NCBI GenBank assembly: GCA_047285535.1
Contig: JBJBDC010000001.1
Location: forward strand, 1,312,136-1,376,135
Source of the DNA: Synechococcus sp.
Lineage (GTDB): Bacteria; Cyanobacteriota; Cyanobacteriia; PCC-6307; Cyanobiaceae
Length of the DNA: 64,000 bases
Direction of reading: 5' to 3'
In this document: positions 26,103 through 36,533 of the stretch, in pieces
Layout of the letters: every line of letters starts with the position of its first letter
Numbering within the stretch: position 1 is the first letter of the stretch
Notes under the pieces: generated by a model
Database searches by the model: none
Seen by the model: the letters and a program-made list of their open reading frames with translations, nothing else
Told to the model about the DNA's origin: nothing
Program-made: the position numbers and the translations under genes

Positions 26103-26543
26103 TCACATCAGATGGATGTGGCCGACCAAACGCTTAGCTCTGTGTTGGATCCTCTTTGACGAACACCACTCCCCCTTGCAGTAAGGCAATGGTGTGTTCC
26201 ACCGTGTCGCGCTCAACGATCCGCATGGGCGGGAGGTTGATTGCATTCGGGTGAGCTTGTCGGCCTGCTGGTAAGCACGCATCACTGCTGGAGGCATAGA
26301 AACCTCAAGAAATGAGGGCAAGCCAGAAATCGAGTGCGGCGGGGGCACCGGAAGGTCAAACCCAATGGCAGCATCAGCCTCAATCATCTTTTTGACGAGG
26401 GAAGCTGAGTACGGCGCGCCTTTCGGCAGCAGCATTTTTTGGGAACGACGACGTGACAAGGCTGTCTCAATGAACAGAGAAAGCGGCTGGTCACAGTTCC
26501 GATTGCCCGCTGGAAGCCATCCCAGGGGTTCAGGCGAGATCAA
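26103..26543 (-). CDS. Hypothetical protein
   Basis: Co-oriented ORF between int and the xis-like gene; no recognised motif. Confidence 0.35.
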   Translation of the reverse strand: MISPEPLGWLPAGNRNCDQPLSLFIETALSRRRSQKMLLPKGAPYSASLVKKMIEADAAIGFDLPVPPPHSISGLPSFLEVSMPPAVMRAYQQADKLTRMQSTSRPCGSLSATRWNTPLPYCKGEWCSSKRIQHRAKRLVGHIHLM

Positions 26544-26741
26544 GGAGACCCTCGAAAGGATGGCCTTGATAACTGATGCCTACATTTTAGTCAGGGTTGG
26601 TGGCCCTTCTCCGCCCTCGGTGCACCTAACGGCTCAAATAATCAGGAAGTCTTTCTCGAAGATGTCGATGCTCAGAAGTAATACCGCGACGTCAGCCTGT
26701 TTAGTGATGAATGCATGCCAGTGTGCATTCCCTCGGGCTAG

Positions 26742-28007
26742 TTATTTCACTTCTGTCGTTTGGGAATTAAGGATCCGCTCAAACACTTCTGCGGTTGTTT
26801 CCTCGGTCGCTGTGACGTAGTTCTCGCTGTGGGTTTTTTCGCTGTGGCCCATGGCCATCGCCACGCTGGCTCCAGTTAGTCCGCGTAGGTGGGCGCGCAC
26901 GCTGTAGGCGTTCCTAAAGCTGTAAGGACGCAACCATTGCCCTTGCGCCTCGTAGTGCTCAGACCATTGCTTCCATAGCGGCAGCCTGCGCAGGTACTGG
27001 GAGACGGCTTCTCCCCTGGTGTTCAAAGGTGGGAATGGCAGTAACCCTGCTTTCAGTTCACCGGCGAGGTCGTTGGCTGGAACGACGCCATCAGGGCCTT
27101 GCAACGGCACGGCCTGTAGCCAGCGGGGTTTGGTGGCCGTCTTCGTCGTACGACCACCGGCGGCTTTGCGGTAACTGCACCAGATCTGCAGCTTCCCTGT
27201 TGTTGGGTTGGTCTTTGCCGTTAGGTGCAGCAACTCCTCTGGCCTCAAGCCAAAAACCGCCATCACGAACAGCACGTTCTGCCACTCCTGGCTGGGGCAG
27301 CTGTTGATCAGTTCAAGGATTTGAGCGTCACGGAGGATTGCCGTTTCCCTGGGTTCAGCGGGCTTCCCGTTCCCGGCAAGGCTGAGCTTGTGATGTTGGG
27401 GAAGAATCCATTCCGGGCTTAAGCCTTCATGGGCCACGGCGAAGGTGAGCATCCGCGTGATTGCTCCAACGCACTGCTGGCGTGACCGTGGTTTGTTGCT
27501 CCAGCCGCCACTGCTGATGGCCGCATCAATCAGCTTGTAAGGAGAGCTGGGTGGCTTCGCGGAGGTCAGAAGTGCAATGGCTTGGTCGCAGTAGCTGCGT
27601 TCCAGGGCCATCGTTTTATCGCTGATGCGTTTCCCGTTCTCCTGCCGGTCTCTGTAGAAGGCTTTGGCGATTGCTCTCCATTTGATTCCGCCAGTGAGGG
27701 TTGGCACGCCGAGTGCTGGTTCTTCGGTGGTGTCTTCGGGGTGACGCTCAAGCCAGGCTTCGCTCAGCGACTTGGGTGGGTTGCCTGCTGTCGCTTTGTG
27801 CAGGGCTTTCAGTTCATTGGTGACTGGCCCGATGCAGCCGATTTCCCAGGCATAGGGAAGTGTCTTGCTCCATTGACCTGCAGCGCCACCTGCTCCCTGC
27901 CTGACGCGCAATTTGACCCGACCACGGTGTTCGCTCACCGACCAGCCACGTGGGATGCCGGCTTCCTTGATTGATTCCTTCAGCGCAGGGCGGAAATCGA
28001 AGCCCAT
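26742..28007 (-). CDS. int: Tyrosine recombinase/integrase
   Basis: Catalytic motifs FGLRPEE, RPYSFRNAY, AMGHS..H...Y; adjacent to the tRNA att site. Confidence 0.93.
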   Translation of the reverse strand: MGFDFRPALKESIKEAGIPRGWSVSEHRGRVKLRVRQGAGGAAGQWSKTLPYAWEIGCIGPVTNELKALHKATAGNPPKSLSEAWLERHPEDTTEEPALGVPTLTGGIKWRAIAKAFYRDRQENGKRISDKTMALERSYCDQAIALLTSAKPPSSPYKLIDAAISSGGWSNKPRSRQQCVGAITRMLTFAVAHEGLSPEWILPQHHKLSLAGNGKPAEPRETAILRDAQILELINSCPSQEWQNVLFVMAVFGLRPEELLHLTAKTNPTTGKLQIWCSYRKAAGGRTTKTATKPRWLQAVPLQGPDGVVPANDLAGELKAGLLPFPPLNTRGEAVSQYLRRLPLWKQWSEHYEAQGQWLRPYSFRNAYSVRAHLRGLTGASVAMAMGHSEKTHSENYVTATEETTAEVFERILNSQTTEVK

Positions 28008-28050
28008 GGGCTCTATTCGGCCAGTTCAGCTGGGTTCAGTTTGAGGTGAA

Positions 28051-28072
28051 AGTGGTCCCGCAGTGGTCCCGC
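28051..28072 (+). repeat. Putative integrase arm-type sites at the tRNA-proximal end
   Basis: AGTGGTCCCGC repeated perfectly in tandem between int and the att core. Confidence 0.75.
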
Positions 28073-28154
28073 TAGCTCAAAAGCAGGCTTATTAGGCTTT
28101 TCCGGGTTCCAGGGTGATTCCCTAGATCCATTGCCCTGTCTTGTTTTTTAGAGA

Positions 28155-28228
28155 CGCCCCCTGTTGGATTCGAACCAACGACCGGCTGCTTAGAAGGCAG
28201 CTGCTCTATCCAGCTGAGCTAAGGGAGC
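28155..28228 (-). tRNA. tRNA-Arg(UCU)
   Basis: Reverse complement GCTCCCTTAGCTCAGCTGGATAGAGCAGCTGCCTTCTAAGCAGCCGGTCGTTGGTTCGAATCCAACAGGGGGCG folds as a cloverleaf with anticodon TCT. Confidence 0.97.
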
Positions 28229-28290
28229 ATCTCTGCATTTTGTCAGTTCATGGACAGCACCCTCTTAAACTTGAAAACTGTGTGGTGATA

Positions 28291-29103
28291 ATGATGGCTC
28301 CCAGCCGGCTCAAAGACAGCCACAAACAGGAAATCTTGGTGCGGTACCGCGCTGGAGAAACCAGCGCCCTCATCGCTTCAGCATTCGGCTGCAGTGCCAA
28401 TACGGTGAGTCGCACCGTTCGGTCCTTGCTTAGTGCAGAGGAGTACGCCGAACTCAAAGTCCAGCGCGCCTCAAAGAACACTGTCCCAGAGATCGGTCTC
28501 ACCGTCATCAATAGCCATGAGGTGACTGCCTCCAAACCTTCAGACAGTAATGACCTCAATCAAATCCAGAAAGACTTGCCCTCTCAAACGGTGGAAGTCT
28601 CTTCAGGAGACTTCACTGACAGCGAGTCAATAGACAAAGGAGATGATGGCAAAACTCTCGCCCTGGATGATGCGGATGATTTTGGTGCCGAAGATCGCGA
28701 TGAAAGCGACGGATTTGACTTCGAAGAAGAGGAAGTTTTTCAAGAAATAGCGGTTCTCCCTGTAGACCTTCCTCAAGTCACCACTCAGGAGGTGCCTTGC
28801 AGGCAATTCGCATCTGAGCTCTTACCAGAAAGCGTCTACATGCTTGTAGATAAAACCGTTGAGCTCGAACCTCGACCTCTCAGTGACTTTCCTGAGTTAG
28901 GACTCCGTGATCCATCAGAACAGCAACGTCAGGCACTATGCCTCTATACAACTCCGCGTGCTGCAAAACGCCAATGTGGTCGTAGTCAGCGTGTGATCAA
29001 AGTTCCAGATACCCAGGTGTTTGAACAGACATCGTCCTATCTACTCGCCCGTGGCATCACGCACTTGGTTGTTGAGGGATCCCTTTTTGCACTGACCACC
29101 TAA
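28291..29103 (+). CDS. Conserved hypothetical protein with an N-terminal HTH and acidic linker
   Basis: YRAGETSALIASAFGCSANTVSR HTH; start placed after the tRNA. Confidence 0.75.
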   Translation: MMAPSRLKDSHKQEILVRYRAGETSALIASAFGCSANTVSRTVRSLLSAEEYAELKVQRASKNTVPEIGLTVINSHEVTASKPSDSNDLNQIQKDLPSQTVEVSSGDFTDSESIDKGDDGKTLALDDADDFGAEDRDESDGFDFEEEEVFQEIAVLPVDLPQVTTQEVPCRQFASELLPESVYMLVDKTVELEPRPLSDFPELGLRDPSEQQRQALCLYTTPRAAKRQCGRSQRVIKVPDTQVFEQTSSYLLARGITHLVVEGSLFALTT

Positions 29104-29104
29104 T

Positions 29105-29332
29105 TCAGCGATCTGGATCAGGAGCCAATAACGCTGCCAAACTGCCGCCGCTGACAATTCCCAAAGCCAAGCTCACGCCCACAATGAATCCAGATGGAAG
29201 GGGTGCCGACTGACCAATGCCAAGGTTGAGGCGATGGCGATCGTTCAGATTCTGAGCACCCAGGCAGAGAACCAGCAGCAGTGTCAAACCACTCCCAAGG
29301 CTTAAAAGAAGCAGTCTCAGACGGAGAAGCAT
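29105..29332 (-). CDS. Small membrane protein (LapA-like)
   Basis: Two hydrophobic segments with a GAQN motif. Confidence 0.65.
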   Translation of the reverse strand: MLLRLRLLLLSLGSGLTLLLVLCLGAQNLNDRHRLNLGIGQSAPLPSGFIVGVSLALGIVSGGSLAALLAPDPDR

Positions 29333-29349
29333 CGCAATCTCTTTGGACC

Positions 29350-30231
29350 TCATTCAGTCTGCCTGCAGTCTGCTTGTTGGCTCGCCGCATGAAAAAGGGC
29401 ATACAACTCACGTTTTGAGCGCCCAAGACGTCTAGCCAACGTCTTGGCGGCATCGCTCGCACTCATACCCTCCATGGTGAGTTCCAGCATCTGATCGCAG
29501 CATTGGGTATCCGTCAGTGCTTCAAGCTTTAAGGGAGCAGCTCCCCCCAACACCAGCGTGCATTCCCCCTGAGGGCTGTGCTGTTGAAAAAAAATCCGAG
29601 CAGCGGCAACTGTTGGGCCCACCTGTTGCTCGTGCCGCTTGGTCAGTTCTCGAGCCACCTGCAACGGACGATCGTCACCACAAAGGTCCGTCAACTCTTC
29701 AAGGAGTTGACACAAACGGTGAGGGGCTTCGTAAATCACGCTTGTGCGCTGCTCACAAGCAATCAGGGCCAATCGATCCTGTCGTTGCCGGCCTTTTGCA
29801 GGAAGAAAACCCTCAAAACAAAAGCGATCTGTGGGAAGCCCGCTGCTGACCAGTGCAGTGGTCGCCGCGCAGGGGCCAGGGATGCAAACCACCTCAAAGC
29901 CCGAAGACCGCGCTGCAGCAACGAGCTCCTGGCCAGGATCACTGATCCCTGGCAACCCTGCATCACTGATAACCGCAACGCTACGACCATCCTCTAATGC
30001 CATTAGCAATTGTGGAATCCTGGTACGGGTGTTGTGCTGATGGAAAGAGCAGCGTCGAGCGGTCGAGCCCATTCGGCTGAGCAACTGACCGCTATGGCGT
30101 GTGTCTTCACAAGCAATCGTATCGACGTCGATCAGCAGAGCATGCGCTCTGGGAGAGAGGTCACCGAGATTGCCAATCGGTGTGCCAACGACGTAGAGGA
30201 CTCCTGCAGCAGGTTCAGCGCGTTGCTTCAA
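29350..30231 (-). CDS. rsmI: 16S rRNA (cytidine1402-2'-O)-methyltransferase
   Basis: Motifs LYVVGTPIGNL.D, CEDTR, SDAG.PGISDPG and RELTK. Confidence 0.95.
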   Translation of the reverse strand: MKQRAEPAAGVLYVVGTPIGNLGDLSPRAHALLIDVDTIACEDTRHSGQLLSRMGSTARRCSFHQHNTRTRIPQLLMALEDGRSVAVISDAGLPGISDPGQELVAAARSSGFEVVCIPGPCAATTALVSSGLPTDRFCFEGFLPAKGRQRQDRLALIACEQRTSVIYEAPHRLCQLLEELTDLCGDDRPLQVARELTKRHEQQVGPTVAAARIFFQQHSPQGECTLVLGGAAPLKLEALTDTQCCDQMLELTMEGMSASDAAKTLARRLGRSKRELYALFHAASQQADCRQTE

Positions 30232-30254
30232 AATGGCTCCGCCCAGATCAAACC

Positions 30255-31172
30255 ATGATGCCGAGCTCGTCGCCCCTTCTTGCTGGTCTTGACCTGGAAG
30301 CCGTCTTAAAAGTCCTTCGCCCTCTCAGCTGGGGAGCTGCGGACATCCTGCGCGCCTATGCCCGTGGGCAACAACCCCCTCATGGGTTCCCTAGAGCCCT
30401 CAGCGTTGACCATGGGGGGGAAGGCCCGGTATCCGCAGCTGATCTCGCAGTGAATCAATGGCTCCTGGATGGATTAAGAGATTCATTCCCTCAGGCCAAT
30501 TGGACCCTTCTCAGTGAAGAAACTGCCAAAGAGCAACTGACTGATGGTCAACCCTTGGTTGCGGATTGGCTATGGATTTTGGATCCGCTCGATGGCACAA
30601 AAGATTTCCTGCAAGGCACGGGTGAATATGCCGTTCATCTGGCCTTAGTCCATCAGCAACGGCCCGTACTCGGGGTGGTACTGATCCCAGAAGCCGAAGA
30701 GCTTTGGATAGGTGCAATGGGTCATGGCACGTGGTGTGAGAACCGTTTGGGAGCGCGAAAACCAGTTCAGTTCAGTCAGCGAACAGTTAGCAATGACCTC
30801 ATTTTGGTTGCGAGCCGAAGTCACAGAGATCAAAGGCTTGAGCACCTGATTACAGCTCTGGATCTTGGTGATTCCCATGCCGTCGGGAGTGTCGGCTGCA
30901 AAGTGGCCACGATTCTTCGCGGCGAAACTGATCTCTACATTTCCTTGTCTGGGAAAAGTGCACCCAAAGACTGGGATATGGCCGCTCCAGAGGCAGTACT
31001 GCTTGCCGCAGGTGGCGCCTTCACCCATGCAGATGGAAGAGAACTTACTTACAACACTGGCGATGTAGGCCAGGCAGGTTGCTTAATCGCAAGCCATGGA
31101 AAAACCCATGCCGCCTTGTGTGAAAAGGCAACACGGGCAATGGAGACGATTGATCCCGGCTTTATGGTCTGA
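30255..31172 (+). CDS. cysQ: 3'(2'),5'-bisphosphate nucleotidase, inositol monophosphatase family
   Basis: Motifs LSEE, WILDPLDGTKDF, SRSH and WDMAA. Confidence 0.9.
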   Translation: MMPSSSPLLAGLDLEAVLKVLRPLSWGAADILRAYARGQQPPHGFPRALSVDHGGEGPVSAADLAVNQWLLDGLRDSFPQANWTLLSEETAKEQLTDGQPLVADWLWILDPLDGTKDFLQGTGEYAVHLALVHQQRPVLGVVLIPEAEELWIGAMGHGTWCENRLGARKPVQFSQRTVSNDLILVASRSHRDQRLEHLITALDLGDSHAVGSVGCKVATILRGETDLYISLSGKSAPKDWDMAAPEAVLLAAGGAFTHADGRELTYNTGDVGQAGCLIASHGKTHAALCEKATRAMETIDPGFMV

Positions 31173-31189
31173 AGTTGGGCTCACGCCCC

Positions 31190-33355
31190 TCAGGAGAGGG
31201 GGGCCACTGGGGTTGGAGCAGGCTCTTGGTTAGGGGATTCGCCGCTCTGGGGGACACCTCGCAAGGTGAGATTAATTCGCCCTCGATTGTCGATTTCACG
31301 CACGCGCACCGTCACCTCATCACCGACCTTCACCACATCTTCAACCTTCTCGACCCGAGCCTCCGAAAGTTGTGAGATGTGAATCATCCCTTCCTTACCC
31401 GGAAGAATTTCAACAAAGGCTCCGATGGGAATGATGCGGGTGATGGAGCCCGTAAAGACTTCTCCCTCATGCACCTTTCGGGTGAGGCCTTCGATGATCT
31501 TCTGAGCTTCTTCTGCAGCGGCGCCATCATGAGAGGCAATGGTGACAATTCCACTGTCCTCAATATCGATCTTGGTATTCGTGCGCTCAGTGATGTTTTT
31601 GATGGTGCGACCTCCAGGTCCAATCACAGTGCCAATCAGCTCTGGGTCAATCCGGAAACTCAACAAGCGTGGCGCGTGAGGAGACAGCCCCTCCCGCGGC
31701 GTCTCGATCGCCTCCATCATCTTTTCAAGGATGTGCAACCGCGCGGGACGAGCTTGATTCACGGCCTCTGCGACGGTGCTGACTGAAAGACCAGTGATCT
31801 TCATGTCCATCTGCAAAGCGGTAATACCCTTATCCGTTCCAGCAACCTTGAAGTCCATATCGCCAAGGAAGTCCTCAATACCTTGTATGTCGGTGAGGAT
31901 TTTCACTTCATCTCCTTCCTTGATGAGGCCCATTGCAGCACCGCTTACAGGAGCCTTAAGGGGAACACCTGCATCCATCAAAGCCAAAGTGCTGCCACAA
32001 ACTGATCCCATAGAAGTGGAACCATTAGAGCTCAGCACTTCGCTCACAACACGTACCACATAAGGGAAGGTGTCCTTCGCCGGAAGTACGGGAAGGATTG
32101 CCCTTTCGGCCAACGCGCCATGACCAATCTCCCGGCGTCCAGGAGAGCGCAGGGGACGCGTCTCTCCAACGGAATAAGCCGGGAAATTGTAGTGATGCAG
32201 GTAGGTTTTTTCGTTGCTGGGGTTGAGATCATCCATCTCTTGGGCATCACTCGGCGTGCCGAGAGTGGCCGTCGACAACACCTGGGTTAATCCGCGTTGA
32301 AACAAGCCTGAGCCGTGCACTCGTTTTGGAAGCACACCAGCAGCTGCACTGATCACTCGAACCTGATCAAGGTTGCGACCGTCGACCCTTTTCCCATCCT
32401 TAAGAATCTGCTGACGCATCAAGGTTTTAGTCAGCGCCTTAAAACTGTTAGGAAGGGCCTTGCTGTTTGCACTGACCGCAAGACGGACAGGATCAGATTC
32501 CTTCAACGCCTGAATGGCCTCCGCTGTCGTGTTGCGGATTGCATCCAACTTGTCGTCTCGCTCACCCTTCGTTTGCTCGAACTGACCAAGGACCTCACCA
32601 ATCTTCTTGCTACAGGATTTCTCGAGGTACACAGGCAAAGTTTTGTCTTGCTCAGGCTCCTCAGGGATGACTTGTTCAATCCCAGCATCCTTAAGGATGG
32701 ATTCTTGGGCTTTGATTAACTCAGAAACCGCTTCATATCCAAAGTCAATCGCTTCGATGACATCTCCTTCAGGAAGCTGATTGGCTCCCGCTTCAACCAT
32801 GACGACACCTTGCGGAGTTCCGGCGACGACAAGGTCAAGATCACCACGCTCAATTTCCCGGTAGCTGGGATTGAGGACAAAGTCATCACCCAACAGTCCG
32901 ACGCGCACAGCTGCCATCGGCCCATAGAAGGGAATCTTCGCAAGGAGAGTGGCCATAGATGCGCCTGTTATGGCAAGCACATCAGCGGGGACTCTTTCAT
33001 CAAGCGACATGCAAGTCGCAACAATCTGCAAATCGTCTCGGAGCCAGCTCGGAAACAGCGGACGCATTGGCCTATCAATGAGACGGCATATCAGCGTTGC
33101 GCGTTCGGGAGGACGTCCTTCTCGGCGAAGGAAGCTTCCTGGAATTCTCCCTGCGGCGTAGAGGCGCTCTTCGTAATCACAGATCAGTGGAAGAAAGTCA
33201 ACGCCATCTCGACCTGTGGAACGGGTTGCAGTGACCAATACGGAGGTGTCTCCGCACTCAATCATCACCGAGCCGCCGGCTTGGGGGGCATAACGCCCTG
33301 TAGTCAGTCGAATCTCCCGACCGTCAAAGGAGATCGACTGCGTCTGACCTTGCAC
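31190..33355 (-). CDS. pnp: Polyribonucleotide nucleotidyltransferase
   Basis: Two RNase PH domains ([16 protein letters not shown]) plus KH and S1 domains. Confidence 0.98.
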   Translation of the reverse strand: MQGQTQSISFDGREIRLTTGRYAPQAGGSVMIECGDTSVLVTATRSTGRDGVDFLPLICDYEERLYAAGRIPGSFLRREGRPPERATLICRLIDRPMRPLFPSWLRDDLQIVATCMSLDERVPADVLAITGASMATLLAKIPFYGPMAAVRVGLLGDDFVLNPSYREIERGDLDLVVAGTPQGVVMVEAGANQLPEGDVIEAIDFGYEAVSELIKAQESILKDAGIEQVIPEEPEQDKTLPVYLEKSCSKKIGEVLGQFEQTKGERDDKLDAIRNTTAEAIQALKESDPVRLAVSANSKALPNSFKALTKTLMRQQILKDGKRVDGRNLDQVRVISAAAGVLPKRVHGSGLFQRGLTQVLSTATLGTPSDAQEMDDLNPSNEKTYLHHYNFPAYSVGETRPLRSPGRREIGHGALAERAILPVLPAKDTFPYVVRVVSEVLSSNGSTSMGSVCGSTLALMDAGVPLKAPVSGAAMGLIKEGDEVKILTDIQGIEDFLGDMDFKVAGTDKGITALQMDMKITGLSVSTVAEAVNQARPARLHILEKMMEAIETPREGLSPHAPRLLSFRIDPELIGTVIGPGGRTIKNITERTNTKIDIEDSGIVTIASHDGAAAEEAQKIIEGLTRKVHEGEVFTGSITRIIPIGAFVEILPGKEGMIHISQLSEARVEKVEDVVKVGDEVTVRVREIDNRGRINLTLRGVPQSGESPNQEPAPTPVAPLS

Positions 33356-33456
33356 GTTGGTTTATGTCTTTCTATCAACCATGATTCTTACATTTTGGGG
33401 GGCCGTTGTCGGCATCATCGGGTGTGATACAAAAAATACTGATGATGCATGGCCAT

Positions 33457-33481
33457 AAAAAAAGAGGTGAATCCTCACCTC
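33457..33481 (-). terminator. Terminator downstream of rpsN
   Basis: Minus strand reads GAGGTGA-GGAT-TCACCTC followed by TTTTTTT. Confidence 0.7.
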
Positions 33482-33515
33482 ATGATTCGTGGAGTCGGAT
33501 CAAAAGTTCGTGCCG

Positions 33516-33818
33516 CTACCAGCTGGACTTGACCACACCGGGAAGTTCACCTTTGTGGGCACGTTCGCGAAGCTGATTGCGACATAAGCCGAAGGCGCGA
33601 TAAACGCCACGGGGCTTACCCGTTGCCCAACAGCGATTACGAACCCGATTTGGGGCACTGTTACGAGGCAAATCTTGAATCTTGCGATGGATCTCCAATC
33701 GCTCCATCGGATCCTTTGCTGAATGGAACGCTGCCATTAAGGCCTTGCGCTTCGCCGAAAAGCGTTCAACCATCTTTTTCCGCTTCACATCACGGGCAAT
33801 CATTGACTTCTTAGCCAT
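33516..33818 (-). CDS. rpsN: 30S ribosomal protein S14
   Basis: MAKKSMIAR...[12 protein letters not shown]...LPGVVKSSW. Confidence 0.98.
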   Translation of the reverse strand: MAKKSMIARDVKRKKMVERFSAKRKALMAAFHSAKDPMERLEIHRKIQDLPRNSAPNRVRNRCWATGKPRGVYRAFGLCRNQLRERAHKGELPGVVKSSW

Positions 33819-33859
33819 TCAGCGAGCGGATTAGACGAGTTGATGGCCATCCTATCGGT

Positions 33860-34942
33860 TCATTGACCAAGGAAGCGCTGAATCACCGCGAGTTGACTTG
33901 TATCCCGAACGATGAGAAGAACACTCAATCCCACCACCAGCAAAAAGCTGGATTGCATCACGATCAACTGAAAGCGTTCTGGCATTGGCCGTCCGCGAAT
34001 CCCCTCAAGGAGAATCATCACCAACTGCCCTCCATCAAGAAGAGGTAATGGGAGCGCATTGAGAACGGCAAGGTTGATAGAGATCAAGGCCATGAAGAGG
34101 GCGAGACCATTGCCTCCCTGACTGGAGAGCTGCGCGCCCATCTCAACAATCTTGACCGGACCACTCACCTGCTGGGCTGTTGTTCCGAAATCGGTGAACA
34201 GAGCCCCATAACCAGACACAGTGCGTTGAAGCAACCCACTGAATTGCTGCGATCCACTCCCTATCGCTTCAGCCAAGCCATGAACAGCTCGAGTATTTCC
34301 ACTGAAATTGGCTTGAAGCTGAGCACCAATTCGCCCCTGCCCTTGATGATCTTCTGGAGTGAGCTCGATCATGCGAACCAATCCATTTCTCTGGACTTCT
34401 AAAGACAGGGGATGCGATGGGCTATCACGCACCGGAGTCACGGCCTGTTTCACGGCGTTCTCTCCACGCCCCAGGGACAACCCTTCAATTTTCAGGATTT
34501 GATCACCAGGTCTCAAGCCGGCGTTCTCGGCTGGTTCACCCTGCTGAACTGCCATCACCATGACGCCGGGCTCTGGGTCACCTGGAACACCGACAAAAGC
34601 CGTATGCCCTACTAAGACCAACCAAGCGAGAAGCAAATTTGCAAGGACCCCTGCGCTGATCACCAAAGCTCTCTGAGGGATCGGACGATTACGAAGAAGA
34701 TCAGGGTCATCTGCCGGAATGAGACTGTCTTGATCATCATCAGGAAACGAAACGAATCCCCCAAAAGGAAGAATCCGCAAGGCGTAGGTCACTCCTCCCC
34801 GTTCCAGTTTCCAAATGGAGGGTCCAAATCCAATGGAAAATCCATTGACGCGTATTCCCTGACATCTGGCCGCCAGAAAGTGACCAGCCTCGTGGATCAC
34901 GATCAGCAGCCCCAGGACCAAGAGTGCTGCCAGAACGTTCAT
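33860..34942 (-). CDS. rseP: RIP metalloprotease RseP (M50 with PDZ)
   Basis: Motifs HEAGH and NALPLPLLDGG. Confidence 0.93.
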   Translation of the reverse strand: MNVLAALLVLGLLIVIHEAGHFLAARCQGIRVNGFSIGFGPSIWKLERGGVTYALRILPFGGFVSFPDDDQDSLIPADDPDLLRNRPIPQRALVISAGVLANLLLAWLVLVGHTAFVGVPGDPEPGVMVMAVQQGEPAENAGLRPGDQILKIEGLSLGRGENAVKQAVTPVRDSPSHPLSLEVQRNGLVRMIELTPEDHQGQGRIGAQLQANFSGNTRAVHGLAEAIGSGSQQFSGLLQRTVSGYGALFTDFGTTAQQVSGPVKIVEMGAQLSSQGGNGLALFMALISINLAVLNALPLPLLDGGQLVMILLEGIRGRPMPERFQLIVMQSSFLLVVGLSVLLIVRDTSQLAVIQRFLGQ

Positions 34943-34961
34943 GCCGAGTCCTTTAATCCCT

Positions 34962-36239
34962 TCATTCTGACTGGAGACGATCGCTGCCGAAGTAAGGAAC
35001 CAAAGCCTTGGGTAGCCTCACGCTCCCGTCAGACTGCTGCCCATTCTCCAGCAAAGCGGCCATCGTGCGACCGATCGCCAGACCACTCCCATTGAGAGTG
35101 TGAACCAACCGAGTCGTATTGCCCTCTTTCGTGCGAATAGAAGAGCGGCGGGCCTGGAAATCTGAGCAAACACTACAACTGGAGATTTCCCTGTAAGCAC
35201 CTGCTCCTGCCAACCAGACCTCGAGGTCATAGGTCCTGGCAGCTGAGAAGCCAAGATCACCTGTGCAAAGCTCCAAGACTCGATAAGGCAGCTCCAGGGC
35301 TTGAAGCACGGCTTCAGCATCGGCCGTGATCTGAACAAAGGCTTCCTTCGAGCGATCTGGATGCACAAACCAATAGAGCTCAACCTTGTTGAACTGGTGC
35401 AGACGAATGAGGCCCCGCGTATCTCGTCCATAGCTGCCTGCCTCCCGCCGAAAACAAGGGCTGTAGGCCACGTAGCGAAGTGGCAATTCATCAGCTGGGA
35501 TGATTTCGTCGCGATGCAGGGAGGTAAGAGGGACTTCAGCAGTTGGCGTCATCCAAAGGTCATCGTCCGCGCAGCGGAAGCTTTCCTCAGCAAATTTAGG
35601 GAGTTGACCTGATCCCATCAAACTTGCACTGTTGACTAGAGCCGGAGGGAGAACTTCGCGGTATCCCTTGCCTGTATGAAGATCGAGCATGAAATTAATC
35701 AGCGCTCGTTCCAACCGCGCACCTTGTCCAAACAACGTGACAAAGCGGCTCTGGGCAATTCTCACTGAACGTTCCGTATCAAGCAAACACAACCGTTCAG
35801 CGATTTGCCAATGCTCCAAGAGTCCGTCTTGGACAAGGGGGTCACCCCAGCGACGAATTTCTACGTTGTCCGATTCGTTTCGGCCATCCGGACAAACATC
35901 TGATGGCAAGTTGGGATAGCTGAGAAGCTCGTCACGCAGACGAGTGGTCAGTTGCTTCTCCTCATCCTCGAGAACAGCAACCTTTTGCTTGATCTGATTG
36001 CCTTGCTGACGAAGCTCAGCAACTTCAGAGCCCTTTGGATCGGCCCCACCTTGAATCAACTGACCAACCTGCTTCCCGATGCGATTGCCTTCGGCTTGCA
36101 TGCTGCTTCGACGTTCCTCTAGGTCGCGTTGTGCTTGAGCAATTAGTTGGAGACCAGTGAGATCAACATCAATCCCCCGTCGAAGCAGCTCACGGGAAAT
36201 CATTTGGGGATTGTCACGCACCAGGCGCTGGTCAAGCAC
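34962..36239 (-). CDS. serS: Serine--tRNA ligase
   Basis: Motifs PTAEVP, FRREAGSYGRDTRG, EISSCS and HTLNGSGLA. Confidence 0.98.
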   Translation of the reverse strand: MLDQRLVRDNPQMISRELLRRGIDVDLTGLQLIAQAQRDLEERRSSMQAEGNRIGKQVGQLIQGGADPKGSEVAELRQQGNQIKQKVAVLEDEEKQLTTRLRDELLSYPNLPSDVCPDGRNESDNVEIRRWGDPLVQDGLLEHWQIAERLCLLDTERSVRIAQSRFVTLFGQGARLERALINFMLDLHTGKGYREVLPPALVNSASLMGSGQLPKFAEESFRCADDDLWMTPTAEVPLTSLHRDEIIPADELPLRYVAYSPCFRREAGSYGRDTRGLIRLHQFNKVELYWFVHPDRSKEAFVQITADAEAVLQALELPYRVLELCTGDLGFSAARTYDLEVWLAGAGAYREISSCSVCSDFQARRSSIRTKEGNTTRLVHTLNGSGLAIGRTMAALLENGQQSDGSVRLPKALVPYFGSDRLQSE

Positions 36240-36301
36240 GGCGTTTATTAAGGGGAGCTGCGCAGCCTACGTGTCGATTCAAAACGAGAGTTGAATTGCC
36301 T

Positions 36302-36463
36302 TTAAATAACTTGGCCAACCATCACTGCTGCCACAGCAGAGAACAATGTGATGCCAAGCGCGGTAACAGGGCTCTGCCCCTGGACAACCGCAACTGTTGT
36401 GATCACACCTGCTCCAAGACATGCCGCAGCGAGTTGAGTGGTGAGATCAGAAGAACGATTCAC
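36302..36463 (-). CDS. Small two-helix membrane protein, 53 aa
   Basis: GTG start; MNRSSDLTTQLAAACLGAGVITTVAVVQGQSPVTALGITLFSAVAAVMVGQVI; co-oriented in the gap between two genes; missed by the ORF track. Confidence 0.65.
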   Translation of the reverse strand: MNRSSDLTTQLAAACLGAGVITTVAVVQGQSPVTALGITLFSAVAAVMVGQVI

Positions 36464-36533
36464 AAACAAGTTGACGTGATTCAGGAAACATAAGGAGGTA
36501 GCAAACGATGGCCTGAACCACAGAACTGATTTG

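Larger units (their letters stand above)
16861..28199. mobile_element. ~11.3 kb tRNA-Arg-integrated element, PICI/tycheposon-like with a tyrosine integrase
   Basis: Bounded by 45-bp direct repeats; contains int, xis-like, primase-helicase, ori-like iterons, terS-like pseudogene and cargo. Confidence 0.92.

Noticed and set aside
26365..26820. 151-aa plus-strand ORF as a possible repressor
   Set aside because: No HTH motif is recognisable, and it overlaps both the integrase end and the opposite-strand ORF.
28141..28290. N-terminal extension of ORF 28141..29103
   Set aside because: It runs antisense through tRNA-Arg; the real start is more likely the ATG at 28291.
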